This document shows positions 28,946-37,709 of a DNA stretch of 64,000 nucleotides, in pieces. The translations under genes were made by a program, and so were the position numbers. Where the stretch lies: positions 1,066-65,065 of the forward strand of contig JABGRQ010000077.1 in NCBI GenBank assembly GCA_018648225.1, in the 5' to 3' direction. This DNA is from Chloroflexota bacterium (GTDB taxonomy: Bacteria; Chloroflexota; Anaerolineae; Anaerolineales; UBA11858). The first letter of the stretch is position 1. Each line of letters starts with the position of its first letter. The notes beneath the pieces were generated by a model. It searched no databases and was not told the origin of the DNA. It saw only the letters and a list, made by a program, of their open reading frames with translations.

Positions 28946-31900
28946 ATGAAGATCAACTTACACATCAATGGCATTGACCATTTTCTAGAAATTCTCCCCG
29001 GCGACAGCCTGCTCAAGGCGCTGCGCGGGTTAGGCTATCACAGCGTCAAATTTGGCGACGAACAGGGACTGACTGGTTCGGATACAGTGCTGCTCGATGG
29101 CCGCCCGATCAATGCGGGTGTCTATCTCGCCGCGCAGGCCGAAGGCCATCAAATCGCCACGTTGGAAGCCCTCGGGGAACATCCCGATCAGGGTTGGAAG
29201 AAAACTGACGGCCTGCACCCCTTGCAGCAATCGTTTATCGAAACCGGTGCCATTCAGTGCGGATACTGCACCCCGGCGCAAATTCTGGCCGCCAAAGACC
29301 TCGTCGAGCGACAAGCCAACCCCACCGAAGCCGAAGTGCGCGATGCTCTCTCCGGGGTTTTATGCCGTTGTACCGGATACAAGAAACCCGTCCAGGCGGT
29401 GATGCGTGCCGCGGCGGTTTTGCGCGGTGAAGATGTTGAGCCGATTGACACCCCCGCGCCAATCCCCGCTCCCACGGAGTGGTTGCCTGCTCCCGAAGAT
29501 GGTGCCGCGTCTGCTCCTTTTAGGGGTGATCACGGTATTCCCCAGGTGGATACGCGCACCCGCGTGATGCCACAAATCACCATTGCCCCCCAGGAAGAAG
29601 AACTCCGCATTGTTGGTAAACCCGAACCCAAAGTGGATGCTATCAAACTGGCGCAGGGCAAACCCGCTTTCGCCGCTGATGTGGAAATGCGCGGCATGTT
29701 ATATGCCAAAGTGCTGCTCAGCCCGCACGCACATGCGCGCATCAAAGCTATTGATGCCAGCGCCGCGCGTCAACTACCGGGCGTGGCTGCCGTGCTGACG
29801 CATGCCGATATTCCGCGCGTAGTTTATTCCACCGCCGGGCAATCGCACCCCATCCCGGGGCCGCTGGATTGTTTCTCGCTGGATACCAAAGTCCGTTTCG
29901 TTGGAGACAGAGTCGCCTTTGTTGCCGCCGAAACCCCCGAGATCGCCGATCACGCCCTGAGTTTAATTCAGGTAGATTATGAAGTTCTCGAACCGTTGCT
30001 GGATACACGTCAATCCATGTTACCTGGCGCGCCCATCCTCCACGATGAACCCGATTATGTGAACTTCGCCGATTCGGACCCCTCCAAAAATTTAGCGGCT
30101 GAAATTCGCATTGATATTGGCGACCTCGAAAAAGGTTTTTCCGAGGCCGACCGAATTTTCGAAGCCGAGTACGAAGTCTCCAAAGTGCAGCAGGCGCATA
30201 TTGAACCGCATGTCGTCGTGACCTATTGGGACGAAGACGACCGTTTGGTGATTCGCACCAGTACGCAGGTGCCTTTCCATGTGCGCCGTATGTTGGCCCC
30301 GGTGCTGGGTTTGCCAGTCAAGCGCATCCGTGTGATCAAGCCGCGCGTCGGTGGCGGATTTGGCGGCAAGCAGGAAATGTTGGGCGAAGATATTGCCGGG
30401 CATCTGACCATTGTTACCGGACGGCCTGTGTTGTACGAATACACGCGTGAAGAAGAATTTATCGCTTCACGCTCGCGGCATCCGATGCGTATTTACATGA
30501 AAACCGGCGTCAAGAACGATGGCACGATTACGGCCAATGCCATGTATGCCCTCAGTGATACCGGTGCTAATGGGGCGCATGCCCTGACCGTGACCGGCAA
30601 CACCGGGCACAAGGCGATGGCGCTGTATGTGGGTGATGGTGAGTATCGCAAGGAACCCAATATCCAGTTTAATGCCGATATTGTCTACACCAACCATCCC
30701 CCCAGTGGAGCCTACCGCGGCTATGGTGTGCCGCAAGGTTTTTGGGCGGTTGAGCGTCATATGGACAAGATCGTGGACGCGCTGGGTTTTGACCCGATTG
30801 AATTTCGCTTGAAGAATGCCCTGCGCGCCGGGGAACTGCACCCCTTCAGCACCGCCTGGAGCGAGGGACGCGAACCCCGCCCGGAGACGATTGAAACCAA
30901 TGGTTTGGAAGAATGTGTACGTCAGGGTAAGGCCGCGGTTGGCTGGGATCAGAAATTTGGCAATCCCGAATGGCAGGCGGTTCCTGGTAAGCCGCATCTG
31001 CGCCGCGGTATTGGTATTGCGATGATGATGCAAGGTACGGCTATTCCGTACCTTGATATGGGTGGGGCGAGCATCAAAATGAATGATGATGGCTCGTTTA
31101 ATCTGCTCATTGGGGCCACCGATCTGGGCACCGGATCGGATACCGTGCTGGGGCAGATGGCTGCCGAAGTACTGGGCTGTACTCTGGACGATATGATTGT
31201 CTACTCATCGGATACAGATTTCACGCCCTTTGATGTAGGCGCCTACGCGTCTTCGACAACCTATATTTCGGGCGCGGCGGTGGTCAACGCGGCGCAGAAG
31301 GTGGCCGAGCGCATTAAAGTGCGTGCGGCGGGGATGTTTAATAATCTTGAAGGTTCACAGGTTGAAAGTAACCTTCAATCTGCCAACATTCAACTTGCAA
31401 ACCGTCAGGCAATCGCCCCCGATGGCAGGACGCTTAGATTATCCGAAATCGCCCTCCACACACTCCACGCCGAAGATCAAGAACAGATTATGGCGGTGGG
31501 CTCATATTACTCGCCGGTTGCGCCGCCACCCTTTGCCGCACAATTTGCTGAAGTGACTGTGGACATGGAGACTGGTCAGATCGTGGTTGACAAACTGGTT
31601 ATGGCGGTTGATTCGGGTGTTATTGTCAATCCGATTACAGCCTCCGGCCAGATTGAAGGCGGTATGGTGCAGGCACTGGGATATGCGGTTTGCGAAGAAA
31701 TGGTGTATGATGAACTCGGTCAACCGCGCGAGCGCGATTTCCGCGATTATCATATTTTTATGGCGCACGAGATGCCCGAATTGGACACCATCTTTGTTGA
31801 AACCTACGAACCGAGTCATCCCTTTGGGATTAAGGCCGTGGCTGAAATCCCACTGGATGGCGTGGCCCCCGCAGTTGGGAATGCTGTTTTCAACGCTGCC

Positions 31901-31975
31901 GCCGTGCATATAGACGCTAATCCTGTCACCCCCGAGAAAGTTTGGCAGGCGTTGCAGGATAAGAAGAAAAATTAA
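28946..31975 (+). CDS. XDH-family fused ferredoxin-like + molybdopterin-binding subunit, set 2 (first [2Fe-2S] ligands missing)
   Basis: AGGAG RBS. The second cluster is intact (CGYCTPAQ...CRCTGY). GGGFGGKQE, YRGYGVPQG and IKAVAE. The N-terminal motif reads GDEQGLTGSDTV...AG where Cys ligands are expected. Confidence 0.9.
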   Translation: MKINLHINGIDHFLEILPGDSLLKALRGLGYHSVKFGDEQGLTGSDTVLLDGRPINAGVYLAAQAEGHQIATLEALGEHPDQGWKKTDGLHPLQQSFIETGAIQCGYCTPAQILAAKDLVERQANPTEAEVRDALSGVLCRCTGYKKPVQAVMRAAAVLRGEDVEPIDTPAPIPAPTEWLPAPEDGAASAPFRGDHGIPQVDTRTRVMPQITIAPQEEELRIVGKPEPKVDAIKLAQGKPAFAADVEMRGMLYAKVLLSPHAHARIKAIDASAARQLPGVAAVLTHADIPRVVYSTAGQSHPIPGPLDCFSLDTKVRFVGDRVAFVAAETPEIADHALSLIQVDYEVLEPLLDTRQSMLPGAPILHDEPDYVNFADSDPSKNLAAEIRIDIGDLEKGFSEADRIFEAEYEVSKVQQAHIEPHVVVTYWDEDDRLVIRTSTQVPFHVRRMLAPVLGLPVKRIRVIKPRVGGGFGGKQEMLGEDIAGHLTIVTGRPVLYEYTREEEFIASRSRHPMRIYMKTGVKNDGTITANAMYALSDTGANGAHALTVTGNTGHKAMALYVGDGEYRKEPNIQFNADIVYTNHPPSGAYRGYGVPQGFWAVERHMDKIVDALGFDPIEFRLKNALRAGELHPFSTAWSEGREPRPETIETNGLEECVRQGKAAVGWDQKFGNPEWQAVPGKPHLRRGIGIAMMMQGTAIPYLDMGGASIKMNDDGSFNLLIGATDLGTGSDTVLGQMAAEVLGCTLDDMIVYSSDTDFTPFDVGAYASSTTYISGAAVVNAAQKVAERIKVRAAGMFNNLEGSQVESNLQSANIQLANRQAIAPDGRTLRLSEIALHTLHAEDQEQIMAVGSYYSPVAPPPFAAQFAEVTVDMETGQIVVDKLVMAVDSGVIVNPITASGQIEGGMVQALGYAVCEEMVYDELGQPRERDFRDYHIFMAHEMPELDTIFVETYEPSHPFGIKAVAEIPLDGVAPAVGNAVFNAAAVHIDANPVTPEKVWQALQDKKKN
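31347..31403. repeat. TTGAAGG-family element inserted in frame in the XDH set 2 gene
   Basis: TTGAAGGTTCACAGGTTGAAAGTAACCTTCAATCTGCCAACATTCAACTTGCAAACC is 57 nt, or 19 codons (LEGSQVESNLQSANIQLAN). It aligns with the intergenic copy at 22423-22497 minus its loop. Confidence 0.7.
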
Positions 31976-32249
31976 CGCAAAGCCGCAAAGGAATAAGGAC
32001 GCGAGAAGAAAATTTTAAAATATTGTATGGGTCAATAGTAGCTTGAACAGCAAAACCATCATTGTCATTCCGAGCGCAGCGAGGAATCCCTTTGAAGCAG
32101 TATGATTCATCACTTGCATAGGCACTGTTCAACATTCCGGTTAAAGATTCTTCACTCCGCTGCGCTCCGTTCAGAATGACGAGTGTTCAAGCTTTTGTTG
32201 ACAATTTTAAAAATATCTTTCCGACTTTGCAACTTTAAGCCCTTGCGTT
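31974..32249. repeat. ~275-bp nested composite palindrome (ACGCAAAG-family arms enclosing a GTCATTC-family hairpin at 32064-32180)
   Basis: Paired segments are AACGCAAAGCCGCAAAGG/...CCCTTGCGTT, ATTTTAAAAT/ATTTTAAAAAT, GTCAA/TTGAC, AGCTTGAACA/TGTTCAAGCT, and GTCATTCCGAGCGCAGCGAGGAATC/GATTCTTCACTCCGCTGCGCTCCGTTCAGAATGAC. Confidence 0.75.
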
Positions 32250-32277
32250 GATGTTTTGTGCGCCCGGAGACTACGTT

Positions 32278-33624
32278 ATGAATAATCGCACCTATGTTAT
32301 TGGGCACGTCAATCCGGATACTGATTCGATTGCTTCGGCAATGGGATATGCCTGGTTGTTACGTGAGCGCGATGAGATCGATGCTATCGCCGGGCGGGTG
32401 GGATCGATGAATCCGCAAACGCATTGGGTACTGGATCGGTTGAATTTGGAAGCGCCATTGCTGTTGCCAGATGCCTCGCCGCGCTTCAAGAACGTGGCTC
32501 GTCGCATGGATACTGCGTTGCCGGATAGCCCGTTGCGAGATGCCTGGGAAATCGCCAATCGCACCGGCGGTGTTGCGGCGATCATCAATAGCGATGGCAC
32601 GCCATATGGCCTACTAACGGGGCTCACCCTATTTTCGTTTTTTGAAGAATATGTCGGTCCGCACCCCAATCGCCAGGAAATGCGCATTTCGGATTTGCTG
32701 GATGTGCCTTGTCACCAGGCCACGGATACTGGCGTGCCGCGCTTCCCGGCTAATGCTCGCATCCGCGATGCACTGCCGCGTATTTTTCGTGAGGAACGTA
32801 ATAACTTCCTTGTAACGGATGAAAATGGTTTATATATTGGCGTTTGCCGCCAGCGCGATTTGCTCAATCCGCCGCGCCTGCGTGTGGTTTTGGTGGATCA
32901 TAACGAAGCTGAACAGGCCCTCGGTGCGCTGGATGAGGCTGATCTGGTTGAAATTATCGATCATCATCGTCTGGGGAATCCGCCCACGCGCGAACCGATC
33001 CGTTTTACGGTAGATGTGGTGGGCAGCACCAGTACACTGGTCACCGAGCGTATCGAGGAAGCTGGATTGAGCGCGCCACCTGAAATTGCGGGTGTGCTGT
33101 TGGCAGGCCTCATCTCAGATACGTTGATCTTGACATCGCCGACCACCACCGAGCGAGATCAGCGCGCCGCTGAGCGTCTGGGACGTTGGGCTTTCTCCTG
33201 GGGGAGTCCCCTCAAAGATGAGGATATGAATTCCTATGGAAAATTGGTTTTGGAATCCGGGGCGGGTCTCTCCACGCGCGATCCCGAAGAAATAGCAAGC
33301 GGCGATATGAAAACCTATGAGACCACTGGGTATAAATTCTCGGTGTCTCAGGCAGAAGTGACGGATTTAATGCAACTCAATAAACACCTGGAGTCACTTT
33401 CAAACGCGTTGGATCAATTACGTATTGCCCGCGCTTTGGATTTTTCGCTGCTCATGGTTACCGATGTGGTGCGTGGCTCCAGCCGCATTTTACTGAGTAA
33501 TCCGCCCCCCATTCTGGATGATTTGCCGTACCCGCGGCAAGATGATGGTACGCGTCATGCCAAAGGGGTAGTCTCACGCAAAAAACAATTATTACCTGCG
33601 GTTTTAGGCTTATTGGGCAGTTAG
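32278..33624 (+). CDS. CBS-domain-containing DHH/DHHA2 family inorganic pyrophosphatase-like protein
   Basis: GGAG RBS. VIGHVNPDTDSIASA, VLVDHNE and IIDHHRLG (DHH motifs), with a CBS-like insert between them. Confidence 0.75.
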   Translation: MNNRTYVIGHVNPDTDSIASAMGYAWLLRERDEIDAIAGRVGSMNPQTHWVLDRLNLEAPLLLPDASPRFKNVARRMDTALPDSPLRDAWEIANRTGGVAAIINSDGTPYGLLTGLTLFSFFEEYVGPHPNRQEMRISDLLDVPCHQATDTGVPRFPANARIRDALPRIFREERNNFLVTDENGLYIGVCRQRDLLNPPRLRVVLVDHNEAEQALGALDEADLVEIIDHHRLGNPPTREPIRFTVDVVGSTSTLVTERIEEAGLSAPPEIAGVLLAGLISDTLILTSPTTTERDQRAAERLGRWAFSWGSPLKDEDMNSYGKLVLESGAGLSTRDPEEIASGDMKTYETTGYKFSVSQAEVTDLMQLNKHLESLSNALDQLRIARALDFSLLMVTDVVRGSSRILLSNPPPILDDLPYPRQDDGTRHAKGVVSRKKQLLPAVLGLLGS

Positions 33625-33668
33625 GATTATGCAAAAGACCACCGAAATATCGGAGGTCTGAGGTTCGA

Positions 33669-34469
33669 ATGACGACAATTTATCAGGCTTTAGCCGAATT
33701 GGAAGCACGCGCTGAAATTGGCGCATTGTGTACAATTGTTGAGACACAAGGCTCCACGCCGCGCAACGCGGGCAGTAAAATGCTGGTCTACCCCGATGGG
33801 CGTTTTGTCGGTACGGTAGGCGGCGGCGAGCTAGAACAGCGCGTGATCGCCGAAGCACTGGCCGCGTTGGATGATGGTGTGCCGCGCAAGCTTTCGTATC
33901 AGATGAACGACCCCGCTCAGGGCGACCCCGGTTTGTGCGGCGGGCAGTTAGATATTTTTATCGATCCGATTGTCCCCAAACCAAAGCTGGTTGTAATTGG
34001 CGGGGGGCACGTTGGCAAAGCTGTGGTACATTTAGCGGCCTGGCTGGGCTTTCATGTGATTGCCAGCGATGATCGCCCGGAATTTTGCACCCCCGAAGCC
34101 GTTCCGGGCGCACATGCCTATGTGGCCTGCCCGATGGCCGAACTGGCTCAACAGGTGGCGATCAATGACTGGACGTATATCGTTCTGACCACCCGCGGCG
34201 CGGATGTTGATGCTGTTGGGCTGCCCTCGCTCTTGGAGCGAGAATCCGCCTATATCGGTGTGATTGGCTCGCGCCGCCGTTGGGCGACGACGAAAAAACT
34301 ATTATCCGGAGCTGGTGTTTCGGACGCGCAAATTGATCGCATCCACTCACCAATTGGCCTGGAACTGAACGCTGAAACCCCTGAAGAAATCGCTGTCAGC
34401 ATTTTGGCGCAATTGATTATGAAGCGCCGGGGTGGTGATGGCGCTGTGATGTCGGTGAAATCAACGTAG
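33669..34469 (+). CDS. xdhC: XdhC/CoxI-family molybdenum hydroxylase maturation factor
   Basis: LCTIVETQGSTPRNAGSKMLV...GTVGGGELE N-domain and VIGGGHVGKAV Rossmann C-domain. Confidence 0.85.
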   Translation: MTTIYQALAELEARAEIGALCTIVETQGSTPRNAGSKMLVYPDGRFVGTVGGGELEQRVIAEALAALDDGVPRKLSYQMNDPAQGDPGLCGGQLDIFIDPIVPKPKLVVIGGGHVGKAVVHLAAWLGFHVIASDDRPEFCTPEAVPGAHAYVACPMAELAQQVAINDWTYIVLTTRGADVDAVGLPSLLERESAYIGVIGSRRRWATTKKLLSGAGVSDAQIDRIHSPIGLELNAETPEEIAVSILAQLIMKRRGGDGAVMSVKST

Positions 34470-34477
34470 ATGAGTGC

Positions 34478-34530
34478 GTCATGCTGAGGCAAGCCGAAGC
34501 ATTTGGCGCAGCGTAGAAATTACGCTTGGA
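34478..34530. repeat. Half-copy of the GTCA-CTGAG...GAAGCAT repeat
   Basis: GTCATGCTGAGGCAAGCCGAAGCATTTGGCGCAGCGTAGAAATTACGC aligns with the left half of 11978-12078. Confidence 0.6.
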
Positions 34531-34542
34531 AGTGGAGCAGCT

Positions 34543-35961
34543 ATGTGGCAAAAATATGTCAACGCAACGAACGTAGAAGAAGTTCTTAAAGTTCTTGCCG
34601 AATATGGCGAAAAAGCGCGCATTGTCGCGGGCGCCACTGATTTGATTCTGGAAATTGAGCGCGGTATTCGTAAGGGTATCGAGGTTGTGATCGATATTAC
34701 CCGCATCCCGAATCTGGATCAGATCGTATTGGATGAAGACGACTGGATTCACCTGGGGCCGATGGTCACGCATAATCATTGCGTGAGTTCCAAATTGGTG
34801 CGCGAGCGCGGTTATCCGCTGGCGCGCGCCGCCTGGGAAGTCGGCGCGCCGCAAATTCGCAACCGCGGCACCGTGGCGGGTAATCTCATCACGGCCTCGC
34901 CCGCCAACGACACCATCACGCCGCTGATGGCGCTGGGTGCCCAGGTTACGCTGCGCTCGATTTCTGGCGAGCGTGTGGTTCCGCTGAGCGAGTTTTATCT
35001 AGGCGTGCGCAAAAACGTGATGCAGGCCACCGAAATGCTGGTCGATATTGCTTTCCCGGCGATGGCTGACAGGCAGCGCGGGACATTTCTCAAATTGGGA
35101 TTGCGCCGCTCGCAGGCCATCTCGGTCGTGGATGTGGCTATGCTGCTCACCTTTGATGGGGATGCCGTTTCCGATGCGGCGATCACCCTCGGGGCGGTTG
35201 CCCCAACCATTATCCACGCCCAAAGCGCGGAGGCCTATCTGAAAGGCAAACCACTTTCCGGGGAAACGATTGAAGAAGCCGCTCGTTTGACGATGAATGA
35301 TTCCCGCCCGATTGATGATATTCGCGGTTCAGCGGCATATCGCCGCGAGATGGTGCGTGTGCTGGCGGCCCGCGGATTGGGTGCCATTGCTCGGGGCGAG
35401 GAACAACTCGAATTCCCGCCCGACCCGGTTTTGCTCTGGGGGCAGTCCACCCCCGGAGATGCCGCCAAAAACGCCGCGGGCAGCACCTTCCCCGAGGATG
35501 GGATCATCCACACAACCATTAACGGGCAGGCTTACACATTTGCATTCGGCCACGACAAAACCCTGCTGCACCTGCTGCGCGACGATGCCGGACTGATCGG
35601 CACCAAAGAAGGCTGCGCCGAAGGTGAGTGCGGCGCGTGTACAGTCTTTTTAGACGGTATAGCGGTGATGAGTTGTCTGGTTCCGGCGGCGCGGGCGCAT
35701 GGCGCGCAAGTGACTACCGTGGAGGGCCTGGCACAGCCTGAGCGTTTGCACCCCGTACAAGATGCGTTTATCCATGAAGGCGCGGTGCAATGCGGTTATT
35801 GTACGCCGGGCTTTGTGATGTCGGCAGCCAAATTGCTGGAAGAATACCCGCAACCCTCGCGCGAACAAATTCAGCATGCTATTACCGGAAATTTGTGCCG
35901 CTGCACCGGATATTACAAAATTGTCACTGCAATTGAAACAGCCAGTCAAATGGAGGTCTGA
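34543..35961 (+). CDS. XDH-family fused FAD-binding + [2Fe-2S] subunit, set 3
   Basis: ATG at 34543. IVAGATDLILEI, GTVAGNLITASPAND and SAAYRREMV (FAD part), then GCAEGECGACTV...SC and CGYCTPG...CRCTGY (both clusters). Confidence 0.85.
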   Translation: MWQKYVNATNVEEVLKVLAEYGEKARIVAGATDLILEIERGIRKGIEVVIDITRIPNLDQIVLDEDDWIHLGPMVTHNHCVSSKLVRERGYPLARAAWEVGAPQIRNRGTVAGNLITASPANDTITPLMALGAQVTLRSISGERVVPLSEFYLGVRKNVMQATEMLVDIAFPAMADRQRGTFLKLGLRRSQAISVVDVAMLLTFDGDAVSDAAITLGAVAPTIIHAQSAEAYLKGKPLSGETIEEAARLTMNDSRPIDDIRGSAAYRREMVRVLAARGLGAIARGEEQLEFPPDPVLLWGQSTPGDAAKNAAGSTFPEDGIIHTTINGQAYTFAFGHDKTLLHLLRDDAGLIGTKEGCAEGECGACTVFLDGIAVMSCLVPAARAHGAQVTTVEGLAQPERLHPVQDAFIHEGAVQCGYCTPGFVMSAAKLLEEYPQPSREQIQHAITGNLCRCTGYYKIVTAIETASQMEV

Positions 35962-35963
35962 GT

Positions 35964-36341
35964 ATGGGACGCTATGATCGTTTCACAAGCGCTCAATCCA
36001 AACCACGCCCCTGGAGAGTTCACCCCGTCTGGCGCGGAATTGGTTGTGCCATGCTAGTTATCCTGCCGGTGATGTCCTATGCCGGTGCGGTTGAGATTAT
36101 GCGCATGAATATCGAGAAGCGTTGGGTAGCATTGCCCGCGGCTTTCATGCAGACGATTCAAATCCCTTACCTGTTTGGCGTGCCGCACTTATTCGCGAAT
36201 TTGGCTGTGGCGCTTTTGCTGCTGGTGATCGGGTATGGAATTTTAGTGATTGTTTATTCAGCCATTTATCGTATGGTTGGGCCAAAGCGCAGCCCGTTGG
36301 ATGCCCCGCCGCCCAAACGTCCGAAAAAACGTCGCAGATAA
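35964..36341 (+). CDS. Small two-TM membrane protein with basic C-terminal tail, unknown function
   Basis: GGAGG RBS. It starts 2 nt after the upstream stop. Two hydrophobic helices. It ends in PPPKRPKKRRR. Confidence 0.5.
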   Translation: MGRYDRFTSAQSKPRPWRVHPVWRGIGCAMLVILPVMSYAGAVEIMRMNIEKRWVALPAAFMQTIQIPYLFGVPHLFANLAVALLLLVIGYGILVIVYSAIYRMVGPKRSPLDAPPPKRPKKRRR

Positions 36342-36356
36342 TATACGGAGAAAAAA

Positions 36357-36773
36357 ATGACAGTAACCAATGTAGTTATTCTATCCATTCACAATTTTTT
36401 ACGCTGGGCGATTTTAGCTTTATTCCTGGTGGTTCTTTTCCGCTCTTTTACAGGTTGGCGCGGTAAACGCGGCTGGCAAGCTCAGGACCGCATGTTGGCG
36501 CTTGTGCTGACGATTTCAATTGATATTCAATTAGTGCTGGGTTTGGTATTGTATCTGATCAAGGGTTTTGCAGCACTGGAAACCTTTATTGTGATGGAGC
36601 ATATTCCGCCCATGTTGCTGGCGGTGGTATTGTCGCATGTTGGCAGTGCCAAAGCGAAGAAAGCCGATCCGGATAGCGAAAAGTTTCGGCAAATTGCGAT
36701 CTGGTTTTCGATTGCATTTTTGCTCATTCTCGTTGCCATCCCGTGGGCGCGCCCGTTGATGCGTTTATTCTAG
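36357..36773 (+). CDS. Small four-TM membrane protein (H-x3-LRW ... MEH ... SH ... IPW pattern; possibly cytochrome-b-like)
   Basis: GGAG RBS. Four predicted helices with His residues in or next to helices 1 and 3. The function is not established. Confidence 0.5.
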   Translation: MTVTNVVILSIHNFLRWAILALFLVVLFRSFTGWRGKRGWQAQDRMLALVLTISIDIQLVLGLVLYLIKGFAALETFIVMEHIPPMLLAVVLSHVGSAKAKKADPDSEKFRQIAIWFSIAFLLILVAIPWARPLMRLF

Positions 36774-36791
36774 CCCGCTGAGGTAGACCCC

Positions 36792-37709
36792 GTGGAAAAA
36801 CGAAATCCCGTTCCAATTATCAAAGTTACCTTTGCGGTAATTATGTGGGGCGCGTCATTTATTGCCACGAAAGTCGCTTTGCGCGACGTTTCGCCGGTAA
36901 CAGTTATTTGGACGCGTTTTCTACTCGGGTTTTTGGTCATTGGCGCGGTAGTGGCCTTGCGCCGGGATTTCGTTCTGCCGCCAAAGCGGGATGCTGCCTA
37001 TTTTGCGTTACTAGGCTTTATCGGGATTACTTTTCATCAATGGTTGCAGGCCACCGGACTTCAAACCGCCTCGGCATCTACCACATCTTGGATTGTCGCG
37101 ACCACCCCGATTTTTATGGCGCTATTGGGGTGGATATTCTTGCGCGAGGCTCTGGGGTGGGTGCATATTTTGGGCATTGGGCTGGCAACCCTGGGTGTGT
37201 TGCTGGTAATTACCAAAGGCGACTTTTCCATGCTGGGGTTTGAGCGCAGCGGAATGCCGGGCACCCTGTATATTCTACTGAGCGCCCCCAATTGGGCTGT
37301 GTTCTCGTTGCTTTCGCGGCGCGGCCTGGAGCGTTATCCGGCGGCGCGCATGATGCTGTATGTGATGGGCTTTGGCTGGCTGTTCAGTTCGGTGATGCTT
37401 TTCTCCGGGCCGGGACTCACCGAAATTGCATCGCTCACCATTGATGGCTGGATGGGCATCCTGTTCCTGGGTGTGTTCTGCTCCGGGGTGGCCTACATTT
37501 TTTGGTATGACGGTCTTCAATCCGCTTCGATGTCACAGGTCGGCGCGTTAATCTATTTGGAACCGCTGGTCACAGTGATTGTCGCCGCGCTGATGATAGA
37601 TGAACGGATTTTGCCGGTGGCGATGCTGGGTGGCCTGGCAATTTTGATCGGCGTCTATCTGGTGGATCATGCGGCCAAACACGCGTTGCCGCAAGGAGAA
37701 CACATCTGA
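36792..37709 (+). CDS. DMT-superfamily (EamA) transporter
   Basis: GTG after GAGGT. Ten hydrophobic segments. Duplicated EamA pattern (WGASFIATK...; AVFSLLSRR...). Confidence 0.85.
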   Translation: MEKRNPVPIIKVTFAVIMWGASFIATKVALRDVSPVTVIWTRFLLGFLVIGAVVALRRDFVLPPKRDAAYFALLGFIGITFHQWLQATGLQTASASTTSWIVATTPIFMALLGWIFLREALGWVHILGIGLATLGVLLVITKGDFSMLGFERSGMPGTLYILLSAPNWAVFSLLSRRGLERYPAARMMLYVMGFGWLFSSVMLFSGPGLTEIASLTIDGWMGILFLGVFCSGVAYIFWYDGLQSASMSQVGALIYLEPLVTVIVAALMIDERILPVAMLGGLAILIGVYLVDHAAKHALPQGEHI

